A stretch of DNA of 64,000 nt from Bispira polyomma (GCA_965649765.1 OZ287755.1:36456001-36520000), one strand, 5' to 3'. Counted from the stretch's first letter, positions 36,481-50,814 are shown. Notes: generated by a model not told the origin, from the letters alone. Made by a program: numbers and translations.

Positions 36481-37882
36481 AGCTCAATTGTTACACACTC
36501 CAGTTCTTCAAGAAATTTTAACCTGGATCTTATTAATGAAACTTTTGCTTTCATCAAATGACTTTCACTTAAGTTGTTTTTTTTAATCTTCCTACTTTTC
36601 TATTACATCTATAGTGTGGGCTACACCTATTTTTTCCTAAATTTCATTAAGCAGGTGTAGCAAATTTTGCTCCTATTTTCTTCTTTCCTTAACTCTAAAT
36701 GATGAATTAGAAATAGACAACCCTTTAATTTCACATTTTACAAAATCCCTTAAGAGAGACTTATCATTAAAAACATCCCTTTCAAGTCACCAAAATTTTT
36801 GTTGACCTTTTTAACAAGTTGTCTATCTCTATGTAACATGTAACTAATTCGTGTTAGACTATGATTCTATTTAATACTTGTTTAAAATTGCCTGTCAATA
36901 CAAACAAGAAACATGTCTGATCTTGACTGGACCTATCCTCCTCCACCTCTTCATGAGATATTTTATCAATAGTGTTATAATCGTAAGAATTGGGAATTAA
37001 TATACAAACTCCCCTGGTGTTACTAGCTCCATGGCTTTAAAATTGTTTGGTATAATTGCAAAGTTTTTTTTTTATAAATGCTCACAATCTTTAGTTGAAT
37101 GGACATCTTGAAGAAGAGTTATTGCATTACAGTTCATACCTTGTAAAGAGGTAGACTGAAAGATTCTGCGAGGCAACCATTTTGATGGGAACAGTTATAC
37201 TTGTGATTCAAATGAGCTGAACATCAGTGCGATCCTTCAACAGAGAAATGAGAATTGGGTCAAGCTCACATGGTTAGGATGCTGATGAGGGCATAATGTT
37301 TGGGAATTCATCTTTGGGAATTCATCTGATGAATCTGAAATTATTTAAGGACAAAGGTTTTAACAGCGGAGTTACTATGGGCTAATAGCTCTAAAAATAT
37401 TTTTTCTTTGATTTAGTATGACGACATGCTTGCCCATAGCTTCACCAAGAACAGTATGATAGTGGTCACAAAACTAAGCAGAATTTGCCTTAATAGTTTG
37501 GGAGGATAATTGATGAGACCAACAAAATGAACTGAAATTTTGCAATAAATGAATCCATAACGATGTATGACATAAAAACATTTCAGAAAACTATACTAGA
37601 AAATATACTCTTTAGTGAAAACTGAACATAAGATTGAATATTAAACTTTTATTTTAAGCAAACAAATTGGGGTTATTTACTTTTTTAGTTAATGGCAGCA
37701 ATGTTTAACTTTTTTGATCGAAAGAAAAAACTATCTCTAAAAACTGAAATAAATATGTGGGTTACAGATAGATGGAGTCACTAAAACACACACAAAACAC
37801 AAAATAAGTTATATGCCCTAAAGGTGGTAACATGTAGATCACCAAAGAGATCTATTCTAGGAAAAACAGACATAGACCATTA

Positions 37883-40219
37883 TTACAAAACACACACTAT
37901 AAATACAATCAAATAGGGCAGAATTGTTATGTAATCTATCTGGGTTTCTGGCACCTTAGCTACGATCCGACAGGGCCCCCCACTTCCATCTTGAATCTTC
38001 ATGGGAAATACATAGACCTGGCTTCCGACTGGGGGCAGTCTCCCCAGGTTGTTAACATTTTCCATACCATAGATGTTGTGCTTACTAAGTATTCTATGAA
38101 CCATCATGTTGGAGGTCTGACCGAAATCAACGGACGGTGTGTCTACTCCAACAGCAGTAAGGTTTCTGTACCTTACCAACCATACCACCAGGTCTGGATG
38201 TAAGCCTGGAAAGTGAAGTTCAGAAGAATTATCTTTGTTGCCAAGGACCATTTCTTCATTAGGCCAATGTCGATCCCATCCAGAATACATGAAAAGCATG
38301 GCCCCTTTGGTTATTTTTCCGTGAACTTGTTCAAATTTGGTAATGTCGGACAAGTCCAACCGGGCATCCAAATCACTCTTGGCTTTTCTGCTGATGTCAA
38401 TAACAACAGCATCCCCATGGAAACTCTCCACCGGAATTTCATGCATCTTCATCTTGCCTTTTGCAAAATGAACTGGTGCATCACAGTGAGTTCCTCCATG
38501 TTCACCCAGTGCTATTCTGTTGGTCTCATACCTGTAAAGTTTTGAAGATATTTTTATTTAGACAAATACCAGTGAGTGGTAATAGAGGTTTTTAAAAACA
38601 ACAATAATTTCACAGGTGCATGGATCAGTATATATTCCATAATAGAATGCTACCTGTAAAATACAGATACAATAGTAGACAATTTATATGTCCAGTAATC
38701 TCAAGTGTTAGTATGTTAAGTATGACAGTTTAAATGTCCAGTAATCTCAAGTGTTAGTATGTTAACATACTTCAGCAAATGGGTTGTGGCATAAATTTAT
38801 TAATATCACTAATCGAAAAATGATTTACAGTATCATATAACTGTACAAATTTATTACAATATCACCGTCAGTAAAAAGTCCATAAAGTAACCATCAATTA
38901 ATGAATTATCAAAAGATCGAGTACAACACTAAGTCTGCGCTTCCTTTCAGCATGTTTTTTCAGCAGATTTGCATCAGATCCGATCAGACGTCGGCCGACG
39001 TCTGTTTGGCCAACAGTTTTTATCTGTCAGGGAGGGAAAAAATCAGGAGGACTGGCCGATTTTGAAACAAAAATGTCTGCAAAAATGCTATCATAGGTAT
39101 AGTTTCCATCCTTTATATACTCAATATTCGTCAGATGTTTACGTTGAAAATGGCATGAGAAAGGTTATTTTATTGTCATTACTGTGTTTTTTCCCCACCA
39201 AGATCCGTTAGGAAACGGCTCAGATATTTAAGTTTATAGATGGGTACCCCATTCAACTTTCCCTTCTACAGTGAATAATACATCACAGTGACGTCATAAT
39301 GACGTCAGTTTTGTAGCTACGTCATAGCTTACACACCAGGAAGTGAAAATGGGTACCCTTACTTAACTGTTTATATCTTAGCCGTTTCACAACGAATTTT
39401 GATGGGAAGAGAAGCACAACATTTACAATAAAATAGGCTTTCTTCTGCGATTTCTCAAGTCACCATCTGACGAATTTTGAGTGTATATCTGTTGAAAGGA
39501 AGCACAACATCAGCCGACGTCGGATCGGATCGGACACCTTCAAATCGGCCGACATCGGAATGTGCTGAAAGGAAGTGTAGACTCAGATCACCATAAACAT
39601 TATTTTAAATGTCCATAAGATGAACATTACTTAGTTAGCAAAATATCTGATATCTGGTCCCGGTATCCGTCGCTAGTTTCATTTAGTAGGATAACTTCCT
39701 TGGGCAAGATGTGAACACAAGTTTGCCTAGTAGCTCGAATGACCTCTTAAAATGGCAGTGCTCTGTCACTGAGTAATACCTCTCGTGGCAGAATAAAGAT
39801 CCTTGGGGGCGTTGATAAATGGTCATTTTCAAGCAAGCCTCAACGCCCATAGTGGCTACCCATTACAAAAAAGAGCATTTGAAATAACCCTGTGTTGTAT
39901 AAATGCGCCACAGTAAATGTCCTATTTCATTTCGTGTCATATATATATATATATATATATGAATGTTTTGTTTATTTTATTTTCTTATTCATGAATTCAT
40001 TATATTTTGCCATATATCTATGGAAGTTGTTTCTTTTTTGGAATCATTTTTGTTTCATGTGCTCTTTAAAACAAACAGAATAATTAAAAAAACATTACAA
40101 ACTACATCAATTAATTCCAATTTCGGATGTGAACAGCAGGGATATACAATCAGTACAACACATGGTACTCCACATAAACAATGATACATCAGCTAATATT
40201 ACACACATCGGACAAACGT

Positions 40220-40280
<61 letters not shown>

Positions 40281-42338
40281 TGATAAATCTGCAGTTCTCA
40301 TCAATCTAAAACACATGCTTCTCCAGGTTGAGATGGATTCAAGATACACTAATGTAATCAATTTTAACCTGACTCTTTAAGTGTAAACTTTTATGTTTCA
40401 AGCAGATATGGGTTGGAATATCAATTGTCATTAGTTTCAAAATACATTGCACTAGCTTTGATTTACCCTTTTTTCATGTCAATTGTATCACCTTTATGCT
40501 GTTTTATATTTGATGGGGCAATTTCTCGAGAATTATTCCTTCGATTTTCATGAAAGGCTGGGCACAGGCAAAGGAAACTATGGGGGGGAGGGGGGGTGTG
40601 ATGAAAAGTTGCCACAGGGGCTAAAACTTGAAACACTTTCCTGCGGGAGTATGTGGAACCATTTAAACCAATTTTGACCAAACTTTAGGGAATGCTATGG
40701 CATGAGCATCTGCAAAAATAGCAGTGTATATTCCTTATAAAATTGAAGTCAATATTCTAGTATATTTAAGTACTTATTATAAGTGGTAGCTTGAAAAACG
40801 AATACAAACGTTTGAATTGCTGTGTCTCGTTTATCTGATTGAAAATTGAATTAATGATCATTCAATATAATCCTGTGCCTGTTTGCAGGTTAAATTATCG
40901 TTGCAGGAACAGTATATCATAATCATAGGCTATAATTTTTGAGTATTTATCTTGTAATGCCATTTTTATTGCATTGATTATGGATCATTATGGTCCTCAT
41001 TTTAATTTGTATTAGTTTAATGTTGGTGGTGTTTACGTCACTTTCAATAGCTTAGGTCACAACGGGCAAATGCAGGGGTGGGACCCAGTGCTGAAGCAAC
41101 GTAAACCACCTACCTAAGGCATTAATTCATGGATTTAGCTAATGTGTGAAGGGGTAACAATTTGAATATGATTGTACCCTATCAAATAATTTACCTTATT
41201 GCATCAGGACAGCTTTTATGTTACATTCCTTCCACTGTGGATTCAAAAAACATATTTAGTTTACCGATAAGTTCCATATCTGTCTCCCAGGTTTATGCCG
41301 ATATGTTTTAATGTTGATTTCTTTCTTGTCATCCAATTATAATTTTTGGATTCTGATTACACCCCCTGGACATTGAATCTGTCAGACTCTGTCTTTAGTC
41401 GTTGAACATTGGGTTTTAACACTAGTGGCTTTTTAAATAGTACACATTTCTATCTGTCGGGTATTTATATCAGAATGCCTTGTTTATGATAATTTCTTCC
41501 GTTTTAGTTAAAACTCTGACTGATGAAAGTAAATCACTCCGAATTTTACCCAAAGAAACAGTGTTTATTTATTGGAAACTATATTTAGTGCTGTTATATT
41601 TCAGGAAACACCATCACTGGGACCTTGTTTAAATGGTTATATAAATACATTAATAATTTACCAGTATCCAGCTTTCTCTCCTCTGTACAGGATGTCGAGG
41701 GTAAAGTTGGTCATACCTGGGTAATACACGGTGTCTTTACTAAAGCTGTGAGTCAGGTCCACCCAGGTGTACTGGGAGATCTGCCAATGCTCACTGAAGT
41801 AGAGCAAGGAGGTATACAAAATATACCACCATGAGGCTATTTTCAAATATCCCAAGATTTTTCCACTCCTAAATACGTCCATTTTTTCTCCAGAAAGTTT
41901 TTTCTTGTGTACGTTAAAGTTGAATTGTATTTGCCTGTATTTCTTCAAAAAGTGAAGTTCACTGAATTTGATAATAAACTAAAGTAAATAATAACTATAT
42001 CCCATCTATATATAGTGTGTCACCACACACATTATTGATTGTATTGTTTTACAGTGACGTCTAAGCTTTCTCTGGTGGGCTGAGTGTATTGTATCTGTTT
42101 TACATCTATTGTATGTTGTTTATACACTGTTAAGGTTTATACACATGACACTATAATAAATAAATTAAATTAAATTGAACAATATGGGGTATTTTTGTTT
42201 TAATTTCCTTTTGTATTATAATGGATGATTTCACAACGAAGTACATGTATAGGTAAAATACACTTTCTGCCATAATACCCCCACATTGTACAGAACAAGC
42301 TTTCAGCTGGATTTACCTTTGGTTGTTGATGCTAACAT
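37883..42338 (-). CDS. Metal-dependent cyclase / kynurenine formamidase (isatin hydrolase)-family protein; exons 42338-42317 (tentative), 41836-41662, 38531-37883
   Basis: VDLTHSF, GEHGGTHCDAPVHF, FPGL, VGVDTPSVD, MENV and GGPCR motifs. The phase-2 junction TG|G restores GYWYETN. The first exon is tentative. Confidence 0.9.
38932..39583. mobile_element. MITE containing a nested ~400-bp fold-back element (about 39105-39490)
   Basis: TIRs AGTCTGCGCTTCCTTTCAGCA / TGCTGAAAGGAAGTGTAGACT. Internal imperfect inverted repeat centred near GACGTCATAATGACGTC. Confidence 0.75.
39655..39933 (+). mobile_element. SINE (same family as 133-333)
   Basis: Colinear with the reverse complement of 133-333. ATTTCATTTC tail. 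Confidence 0.7.
40225..40281. repeat. (TA)n(CA)n microsatellite
   Basis: Seen directly in the sequence. Confidence 0.95.
42021..42178 (+). mobile_element. 3' UTR/tail fragment of the RTE-X-like LINE family
   Basis: High identity to 56461-56608, with (TAAAT)n tail. Confidence 0.8.
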
Positions 42339-43822
42339 GGGCACCAGTATGTACAATTACAATTATAAACATGCACAATTGTTATAAACCATTTTATGTC
42401 TTTATGGAACTCACTACCAAGTCAAACATAGCCTCTCTTAGAACCACCTCTGAGGAAATCTAATATATAGTTGACAAACCCAATACTGACTATAACGCTT
42501 GTATATAAACTCAAGTGAACACTAGCCAACATCAACCTTTCTCTTGTTACTGACCCTGGCCGACATAATTTTTAAATTATTGGTATTATTTAAATTATTA
42601 ATCAGCTGAATGCACATTAACACACAGAACACTATCACAAATGATAAGTGAAGATATCCCCAATTTAGCTCCACGGCCAATTGCACGTCTTTTTGTGTAC
42701 TTGAAAAAAGGTAAAGGTCAGATTGACCAATCAAAATGGACCTCCAGCTCCAACTCTACCTTCGGCTTTTAGTATATACCTCAGTCTCCCCCCCCCCCTC
42801 CCTTCACAATAAACCCTTGTCCATTGCTGGCGTGTGTGTATTGGGGACATAAACATTAGTGCTAATTAGGTATCTTTCCGACCCTTCACAATTATTGCAA
42901 CAATGTCTATTGAACTTAATGGTTCAGTTATGGCATCACACCTAAATTTCTCACAAACTATAGGTACTTGTTTACCAAAAATCTAATAGTAAATTTATTT
43001 ACTTATTTGTTAAAACTATCTATGGCGAACAAAAGCTAGTTGCTAAAATTTGCTGAAATTTTTGTTACTCCTACCAGTCGCTTTTGGTGACACCTAATAT
43101 GGTGACCTTTCTTAGGTCAAAGGACAGCTGACCTACTTCGGCACTAGACTTTAAAGAGGAATTATTCAACAGAAATTAGCATTGATTAAAAATTTTGTTA
43201 GACTAAAAAACTGTACAAAAGCTGTAAAAGTGCATTTTTTCTTCCAAATTTTTTTTCTTTTCTTCTGGGTATAAATGTTCTTCTTATGTACATAGCAATA
43301 AAACATTTTACAAATCTGACAATATTATATTTAAATATCGTTATTTGAAATTTTGCTGATGGTAACCTCTCTGTCCCTTGCCGTGCATCCATCAGTAAAA
43401 TCAAAGCATCGGCTATGGGACAGGAACTCGGTCTAACACTGACCTTGCACTGACCTCTAGTATCTGTTATTTCTTGTGACCTATGACATCCCCCACATCA
43501 TTAATAACATCAAATTAATATTCTTCCACTTTAATTACAACTTCCAGAATGACCCCAAGTACTCCTACAATAAAAATCAGTTGTCTTGTCGCATGACTTA
43601 TAATGGTAACATGGTGCAAAACAGTGAAAATAAAAATAGTAAATTAATCTGAAATTAACTTGATATTATATCATGTAAAACTATTATAAAAAATACGGTT
43701 TAATTTGGTCATGTAATATTTAGTAGCTGCAAAATACTGCAAATGTGAAATGTGTCTGTCCTACAACCCAGAAATAGGCAAAACAGTAAAGTGACTTGTA
43801 GGCCCATGAAGGCTGGGCAACC

Positions 43823-43827
<5 letters not shown>

Positions 43828-43881
<54 letters not shown>
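43828..43881. repeat. (TA)n microsatellite
   Basis: Seen directly in the sequence. Confidence 0.95.
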
Positions 43882-43884
<3 letters not shown>

Positions 43885-44389
43885 ATGTATTGGCATACGT
43901 ACGAAGTGTGCATGTCACTATAAGAGAATTAATAAATATACTGCATATCAAAGTATGATCTGATTAGACTGCACATTTCATTATTATAGTCTTTATTTGT
44001 GATATGGTTAAAATAAAAAGACCCCATATATTACACGTATTAAATATATGAATTGATTATCCAATTTAACATCTATACAGAACATACAGATGAGGTTACG
44101 GGCCAGGGGATATATCTTTCCATATCCTCTGGCCCCGTCAAAATGTATATGATAACTGCGGGATTTACTGAGACTCTCAAGATTTTAAACCTGGAGTTAA
44201 GCATTATTTTACACCGACACTGAACCACATGTATAGGATACATATAACAAAACAGTAATTAAACAATATTGTGGTACACAAAACTTGATTTTTACTCCTT
44301 AAGAAGAATGGCTTCAAGGAAAATGATCTAAGGGCATATGTGACATATTATAAGGTACTGGAATAGACTTCTAACTATAACTCCTGATC

Positions 44390-45239
44390 ATTTGACAAAT
44401 ATTAACACAGCAAAATATGTTGTTAACCTCCATAGTCAATCACAAAGATCGCTTATGTCTCAACTGAGGTCAGATATTTTACCATTAAGTATAGAAAGTG
44501 CTCATTATGACAGGAAACGGTTAGCCTGGGCTTCCTTTCAGCAGTCACCAACGTCGGCCAATTTATTAAAATCCAAGTTGAGCTGACATCAGCCGATGTA
44601 GCGCTTACTTTTTATCAAATATGCACTATGTAAAATGGTGTGATAAATTTGTTTTTGTTTTTTTTTAATTTTTGTCTCCCGATTTTTTTACTCCATGACC
44701 GATTAAATATGTTGGTCCAACAGACGTCTGCTGATGTCTGATCTGATCAAGCACTTGGTTATATTCTGTAATGATCGATAAAATCATGCTGAAAGGAAGC
44801 CCAGGCTAGGAGAAATGAGTCTGTGTTCTCTGTAATGCAGAATGTATGGAGGATAAATACCATTGCTTTGTTCCTGTAATACATGTATGAGCGAAACCTA
44901 TATTCAAAGGTATTATTAGTAATTTTGAGCAACTAGTACCAAATGAGTGTTAATGAGGATAATGAAGTATACTATAAAATCACTTGCACAATATGTTGAA
45001 ACTCTATGGAATAAAAGAAAAAGTATTTTAGCTACAAGAAGACAGATAAAATTGGTCAACTTTAAAACTATTTGATTGTTTGTTCAACCATTCATATCTG
45101 ATAAAACTTAGTATTTAAGTGACTTATAAACCCAAATAGGGCTGTGTACAATTAAAGAAATGTTTATTGTTACTTTTTTTATATGTCTATGAACATGCGT
45201 GTACATGTCACTATAAAAAATAAATAAATTAAATTAAAT
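44390..45239 (+). mobile_element. RTE-X-like LINE 3' fragment
   Basis: QRSLMSQLRSDILPLSIESAHY. The tail CATGTCACTATA...(TAAAT)n is shared with 56570-56608. Confidence 0.7.
44522..44808. mobile_element. MITE related to 38932-39583
   Basis: Perfect TIRs TAGCCTGGGCTTCCTTTCAGCA / TGCTGAAAGGAAGCCCAGGCTA. Confidence 0.85.
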
Positions 45240-45399
45240 GTATTATCTAGGTGAGGTAGAAACATTGGTTTAGTGAAATATATCAAACCCTATTTCGTCA
45301 AATATAAGGCTTCTTAAATGTTACCGTTTTAACAAATCATTATTTTAGGGTGTTCTAAATTTCAATTGAAGTTAATTTTTCCAGGCAACGAATCAGCAC

Positions 45400-47190
45400 T
45401 TTCTCTTCACTGTACGTTTTTTTCACATTCGCTTGGTTAATTTCTTCCTTATACTAAACATTATTTTCAAATATTAAATTCTTATCACTCTAGACGACAT
45501 TTACAATTTCTGTTAATACTTTTTTATTCGTACAGCCAGTACTTTTGTTAATATTTTATAATCACAATTAAGTAGTGATATGGGATGCCAACGTTTTAAC
45601 AAATTTCTATTCTTGTTTTGTTTTTCTAGGAGTGTAATAATAGCCTGCCGCTGTGATACTGAAAGCTTTCCTTTGTCAAATGCTTAATTAAAACTATTAG
45701 TTACAATTTTTCCAATATTTTCGGAAAAATTTGTATAAAACTCAATAGGTATACCATCATTTTCAGGGGTTTAATTTACCCCTGAAATGTTTTTAATACC
45801 TCCTCACATTTCTGTTTGGGTAATGTTTTTATCAAATTATGATATATTTCCTATGGCAAGTTTAGGTATATTTGTTTGCCATAGGTAAGACCTATCGAAA
45901 CAACTTAAATCACAACCTTTTGTTGAATAAAAATTTATGTAGAAATTTTTGTATATTCTAAAATTTATTTTCTATCTGTTATAACTTGTCCATCATAATT
46001 TTGCAGTTTTCTTGTATACGTATATAATTATGTTTTTCTAAACTTGAAAAAATATTTGGTGTTTTCTTTCTTCTTGCTTATACTATCTGATCTTTGACCT
46101 CAATATTTATCCCTCAATTTTATATTTTTTCTGCCACCTTTAATAGCTGTTTTGCTGACTAAAATTCAGCTTTGATGTTTGCTTAATCAAGATATTCTTC
46201 TAAATGTTGTAATTATGCCCTTAAATTATTCCCCATTAACCTTTTTCTCTTTTTCTGTACTGTATAATATACTAAATTTTCTAATTTCATATTTTATCAA
46301 CTCCCATACTTGCTGCTTATCATAATGTTTATATTTATCTAGCCATTGTGGCAACTGAGCTATGAATTTTTCTTTATACTGTTCTTCTTCTAAAGAACTT
46401 GTGTTCATTTTGCAGTATCCTTTCCCTCTTTCAGAATTATTATCATGTTGTACCCTGAAACTGATCCGTGAATAATCAGATAGAAATTAAGTTAAAATAT
46501 TTGTATGTGTGACCCAATTTATTAAGTTATAGGATATCATCCAATAATGTAATCTACAATGTATTTGTGGTTTATTTTGTGGCCAATGTGTATCTTTTTG
46601 TTGTTGGGTTTTATAGTCTCCAAATATCTACAAGTTCTAGCTTGTTTATCATATTTTGTACTAATTTGGCAGATCTTTTATTTGATAAAATTCCACCCTT
46701 TTTATCTATATTTAAGTTCTAAACTAAATTCCAGTTCCTCCAATAATTATATTATCATTAGCATTTATGTTTTCATGTTCTATAACACGCAATAAATCTT
46801 CTTAATATGTTAGTTGTTCAATATCAGTATTGGGAGCGTAAATATTTATTAAAGCAAATGTCTTTCCCTCAAGATGTACTTGAATTATAATAAATCGTTC
46901 CAGGCTGTCTATTTTCTTATTTGATGCTTTATGATCTAGAGAGTCTTTTGAAAAAATCATAACACCTTTACTTTGGTTTGTCTCATTTGCACTAATTAAC
47001 GTCCCCCCCCCCCCTTCTCTTTCTGCCAAAGTTGTTTATGTTTCACTGTACAGTATGTCTCTTGAAAAAAAGCAATGTCATAATTTTCTTGTTTAATATA
47101 AGTAAACATAATAGTTTTTTATAAAGTTATTAATACCTCTGGCATGACGTATGTTCAAACGATGAAAAAATGACTGTTTTTGCCAATTTA
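45400..47190 (-). mobile_element. Degenerate L1/Tx1-clade LINE ORF2 (APE to RT start)
   Basis: SKGVMIF, LINIYAPN, WELIKYEIRKFSI, DGIPIEFY and PISLLNCDYKILTK relics. Confidence 0.8.
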
Positions 47191-49842
47191 GTTTATTGTA
47201 GATTTGCAAACTCTGTCCACGTGAAGGATGCTATAGCCCTGAGGAGTAATATCTTTGGCCAGTTATTACGTCTAGCTTATCCTTAATGGTATAATCATGA
47301 ATCACAGGGTGTTTTGTTCCTGATATATCTAGCATGCATTAAACATAAACAACATAATTTATCATGTTTTATCAAGCCAATTTTCTACTAAATTAGATAA
47401 ACTACTTCCACTGACTTGCCTGTATTAGCTTTCCGCACACCTTATCAATTACCCCTAAAATATATCATATTTCTGATTTGAAGAAACCCTGTGCCTAAAA
47501 CCCTAACTGAGTCTGTTCTTTCTAGAATTCAATTTAATCAAATCGTTTCTATCATAGCAAAAGTTTTTCACACCTGGTTTGGCAAAGCACATAAAACGAG
47601 AAAATAAAACAGTGACCACAAGAAATAATTAACTATTTGATTTGTTTACATGAGATCAAACAAGATTAGATATTTGATATTTTCTGGACTTAAAACTTTT
47701 ACTTAAATTTGATCGGATTCTGGGTTAATATTCACTTGGATCAAGATCAGCTGTACTCTTAGCAAGGTGACCTCAGGTGATCATTCGGAATTCACAAAGC
47801 AAGAAAGAACTGAGTCACAATTTGACACAACTGTACCAAGTCTGAATTTAATCTCATCAACAAGAAACTCAAAATACGGTAGTTAACAGTTTAACTGTTA
47901 ACTAGTTTAAAGTCAATGCATGTCAGTGTGCATCTAATTAAGACTGCAATTAAGTTTAAGTATGTCAAAGCTTGAGGCTAATGCAACAAGTCAAGTCAGT
48001 GCAACAAACAGTGAAGCACATGCACCCAATTAGTATATTATCAAAACAACATCAAATCTTACCCGGTGTCAAACACCGGCTGATTAAAAGAACTCATCAG
48101 AAAAAAATGATTACCTTTTAGTTTAAAATTAGTAACTGATCCAGTTACAATTAGAATCATTATTAGTACCATTATTGAATATAAATGACCTGTGCTGCAG
48201 TCATTATTTATTTCTATGGTGCTAATGTTTCTTTAGACACCCTTGATCAGCTTAGAATGATAGGATAAGAAAGGGCTCTCACATTATATGATTAACAACA
48301 TTATCACCATTAGGGCTGCCAGACAATTTTTTCAATTATGTGGTAGCCTCACAGTCATATTGCATTGTATACATATATATAGATTCTTCAATTCCACCAA
48401 AACAGGCAGTGTAACATTTGACATCTTGTGTGTTGGACAAAACAGAAGTGGATAGTTGAAAAAAATATTATTTTTGAAACATTTGTTTCACTTAATAATA
48501 AGCACATCATTTGGGAGTTTTCTTTGTCCGTGGCAAGATATTAAACTTTTGGTAACATGAAATGAATATCTGTTGTGTATAGTTTTCATTTGTGAACACC
48601 CTAAACGCGGGAATGTAACCAAAAGGACTGTTACTATATCTTGGCTTTTCGTTAATTATCCGCTTTTTACAGTCATCGGTTGTGGTTATATTTCAGTCAT
48701 ATTGTACGGTAACAATGTTTGGAGGCATAGTTTACTTATAGGAAAGTAAATATAAAATTAATGTTAACACCTTAAATTTGTTTGCACACGAAAACGACTA
48801 TAAAGTGTAATTATGACAGTACTTTGCTAATTTAAGAACATCTTCACTGCAGCATCCTATTGAATAGCATTTATGACTATACTCGATTCCAATTTTTTTT
48901 AAATTACCAAATATTAAGAAACCTCAAAAGATAACCGCAAAGCGATGATTTAAAGCTATCAAAAGCTACATTTTGAAAAACACACCAAAAAATGCTAGAC
49001 CAAATGACCAATATGGCAAATGTGCATCTTCATATACACGAGAAATAAATAAATAATCTATAAAAAGTAACCAGTCTCTACGAGAATGAGACAACCCTTT
49101 GTCTATCTAATAAATACATGGCATAAGTACGGTCTGTAGTACACTTTATTGCGTAAGCTAGGCTCTCACCCAAAAGAACTACACATGCAACATCTACTCT
49201 TACATTAAATACAGTGGTAACAAAACAGACAATAGTACAGCGCCAAATATGCACACTTTAAATGAAAAAGGGGTGGTAGGGGGAAAGCATTTTAGTATGT
49301 TTATTGTTGGTTGATGACGAACACAATGTTAAACCAATTTGATTTTGGTGCAAACAGGTGGCCAGAATTAATCATTTCAGGTAACTTGGTCACAGTCACA
49401 AAAATACTAGTGAGGAACAGTGCACTTAGCTATATAGCTCTTGGGTGCCATGCCACACACGTGGACATTACTAAATGGTGTCATCCTTAAGCATCTGCCT
49501 CAAATTATGGTAATGATAGATATTAGTGCTGGTTGGCTGGAACTTCCGAGCTTTACGAAAAAAATTCCTTAAAAGGTGCCTTAAATAATGGTAGATAAAT
49601 ATGTTGAGTATAAATTTGAATTCAATACAACAATAATTTGAAACACATATTCACACTAAATTGTTATATTTTAGGAGAAAAAGGAATAGTTGAGGAAACA
49701 ACAAAGTTTGAGGGGAGGTTACCTTTGCCCTGAGAATTGGGATCAGATTAAATGCAATCAGGTATCATTAGCATATAACCTGAGCCTCTGAAAAGAAACC
49801 CCCTAAAACATCACAGAGATAGAAGACATACTGGTGACCAAG

Positions 49843-50814
49843 ATGGCCAACAACAGTACTATATTCCAGACAAATGCGACAGTGCAGCATGCTACCGCCA
49901 GTATATACCAAGATACTCTGACCGAACATATCTGCTATGGTACTGTCATTGTGTTATTTTATTTGTGGATCTATTTGGCCAATTTCCTATTGATAGCAGT
50001 TCTTTTGAAGTACAAACTTACCACCCCGGCAAATGCAGCTATTAGAATTGTCCTTGCCCTGAGTGATATTTTACTCTGTTCCTTAACAGCCTATTCACTC
50101 GTCCCTCTCTGGTTCAAGGAGAGTCTTTTCAATGTAGAAGTTTGCTCCATCATCACTGATATCTGTCAGAGTATCGTATACTCTTCCTTTATGGTCAGTG
50201 CAGCACTTGCTGTGGAAAGGTATACCTACATTGTGTACCCACTGAGGTATCAGTCATTAACCAAACTCAATTTGATTAAAGGTTTTTTTCTGGTCTACTT
50301 TACTGCAGTACTGGTCTACTTTGTGGTCATGGGGCAAATACATGGCCATGCATTCAAGACCTCTCGCTTTTCCTGCCCTGCTAGTGGTATCAGCACTTTG
50401 CACCTAGTCACTCGCGTTGGTCTATTATTCGGAATACCGGGAGCAGGTATCGCCTATGTTTTGAATGAAGTAAAAAAGCTTCAGTCTAGGCAAGTATCTT
50501 CAGAGGCAAAGGAAATCAAAGAAATTGTGGCTAAGTCACTGAGGTTAATATTACTGGTTTCTGGAACATTTATTATTACTGCAGTTCCTACGTGTACCAT
50601 AAAGATCATTCTAGAGTCTATGGAAAAGGGGAATTATATCATCATTGATCACAGCCCAGGCCTTGTCACTCTAATGCGAATAAATGTTCTAATATTTGGG
50701 TTTGTATCTTCAGCAGCAAACCCATTGATCCAGATATTTGTAGAAAGAGATCTATTTACTGGAGTGCTGAAACTATTTGGCAAAACTGTGGATTTCTCTT
50801 GGCAAAAGAAATAA
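49843..50814 (+). CDS. Class A (rhodopsin-like) GPCR with uninterrupted CDS, chemoreceptor-like
   Basis: About seven hydrophobic segments, N-terminal NNS/NAT sequons, LALSD, AVERYTYIVYPLRY and ANPLIQ. Upstream acceptor TTTTAG at about 49674. Confidence 0.88.
   Translation: MANNSTIFQTNATVQHATASIYQDTLTEHICYGTVIVLFYLWIYLANFLLIAVLLKYKLTTPANAAIRIVLALSDILLCSLTAYSLVPLWFKESLFNVEVCSIITDICQSIVYSSFMVSAALAVERYTYIVYPLRYQSLTKLNLIKGFFLVYFTAVLVYFVVMGQIHGHAFKTSRFSCPASGISTLHLVTRVGLLFGIPGAGIAYVLNEVKKLQSRQVSSEAKEIKEIVAKSLRLILLVSGTFIITAVPTCTIKIILESMEKGNYIIIDHSPGLVTLMRINVLIFGFVSSAANPLIQIFVERDLFTGVLKLFGKTVDFSWQKK

Noticed and set aside
41515-41545. Penelope-type hammerhead relic (CTGATGAAAGT...ACTCCGAA)
   Set aside because: The core is incomplete and no recognisable RT or GIY-YIG sequence is nearby.
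43709-43958. ORFs with YIYIY runs
   Set aside because: They are translations of a (TA)n microsatellite.
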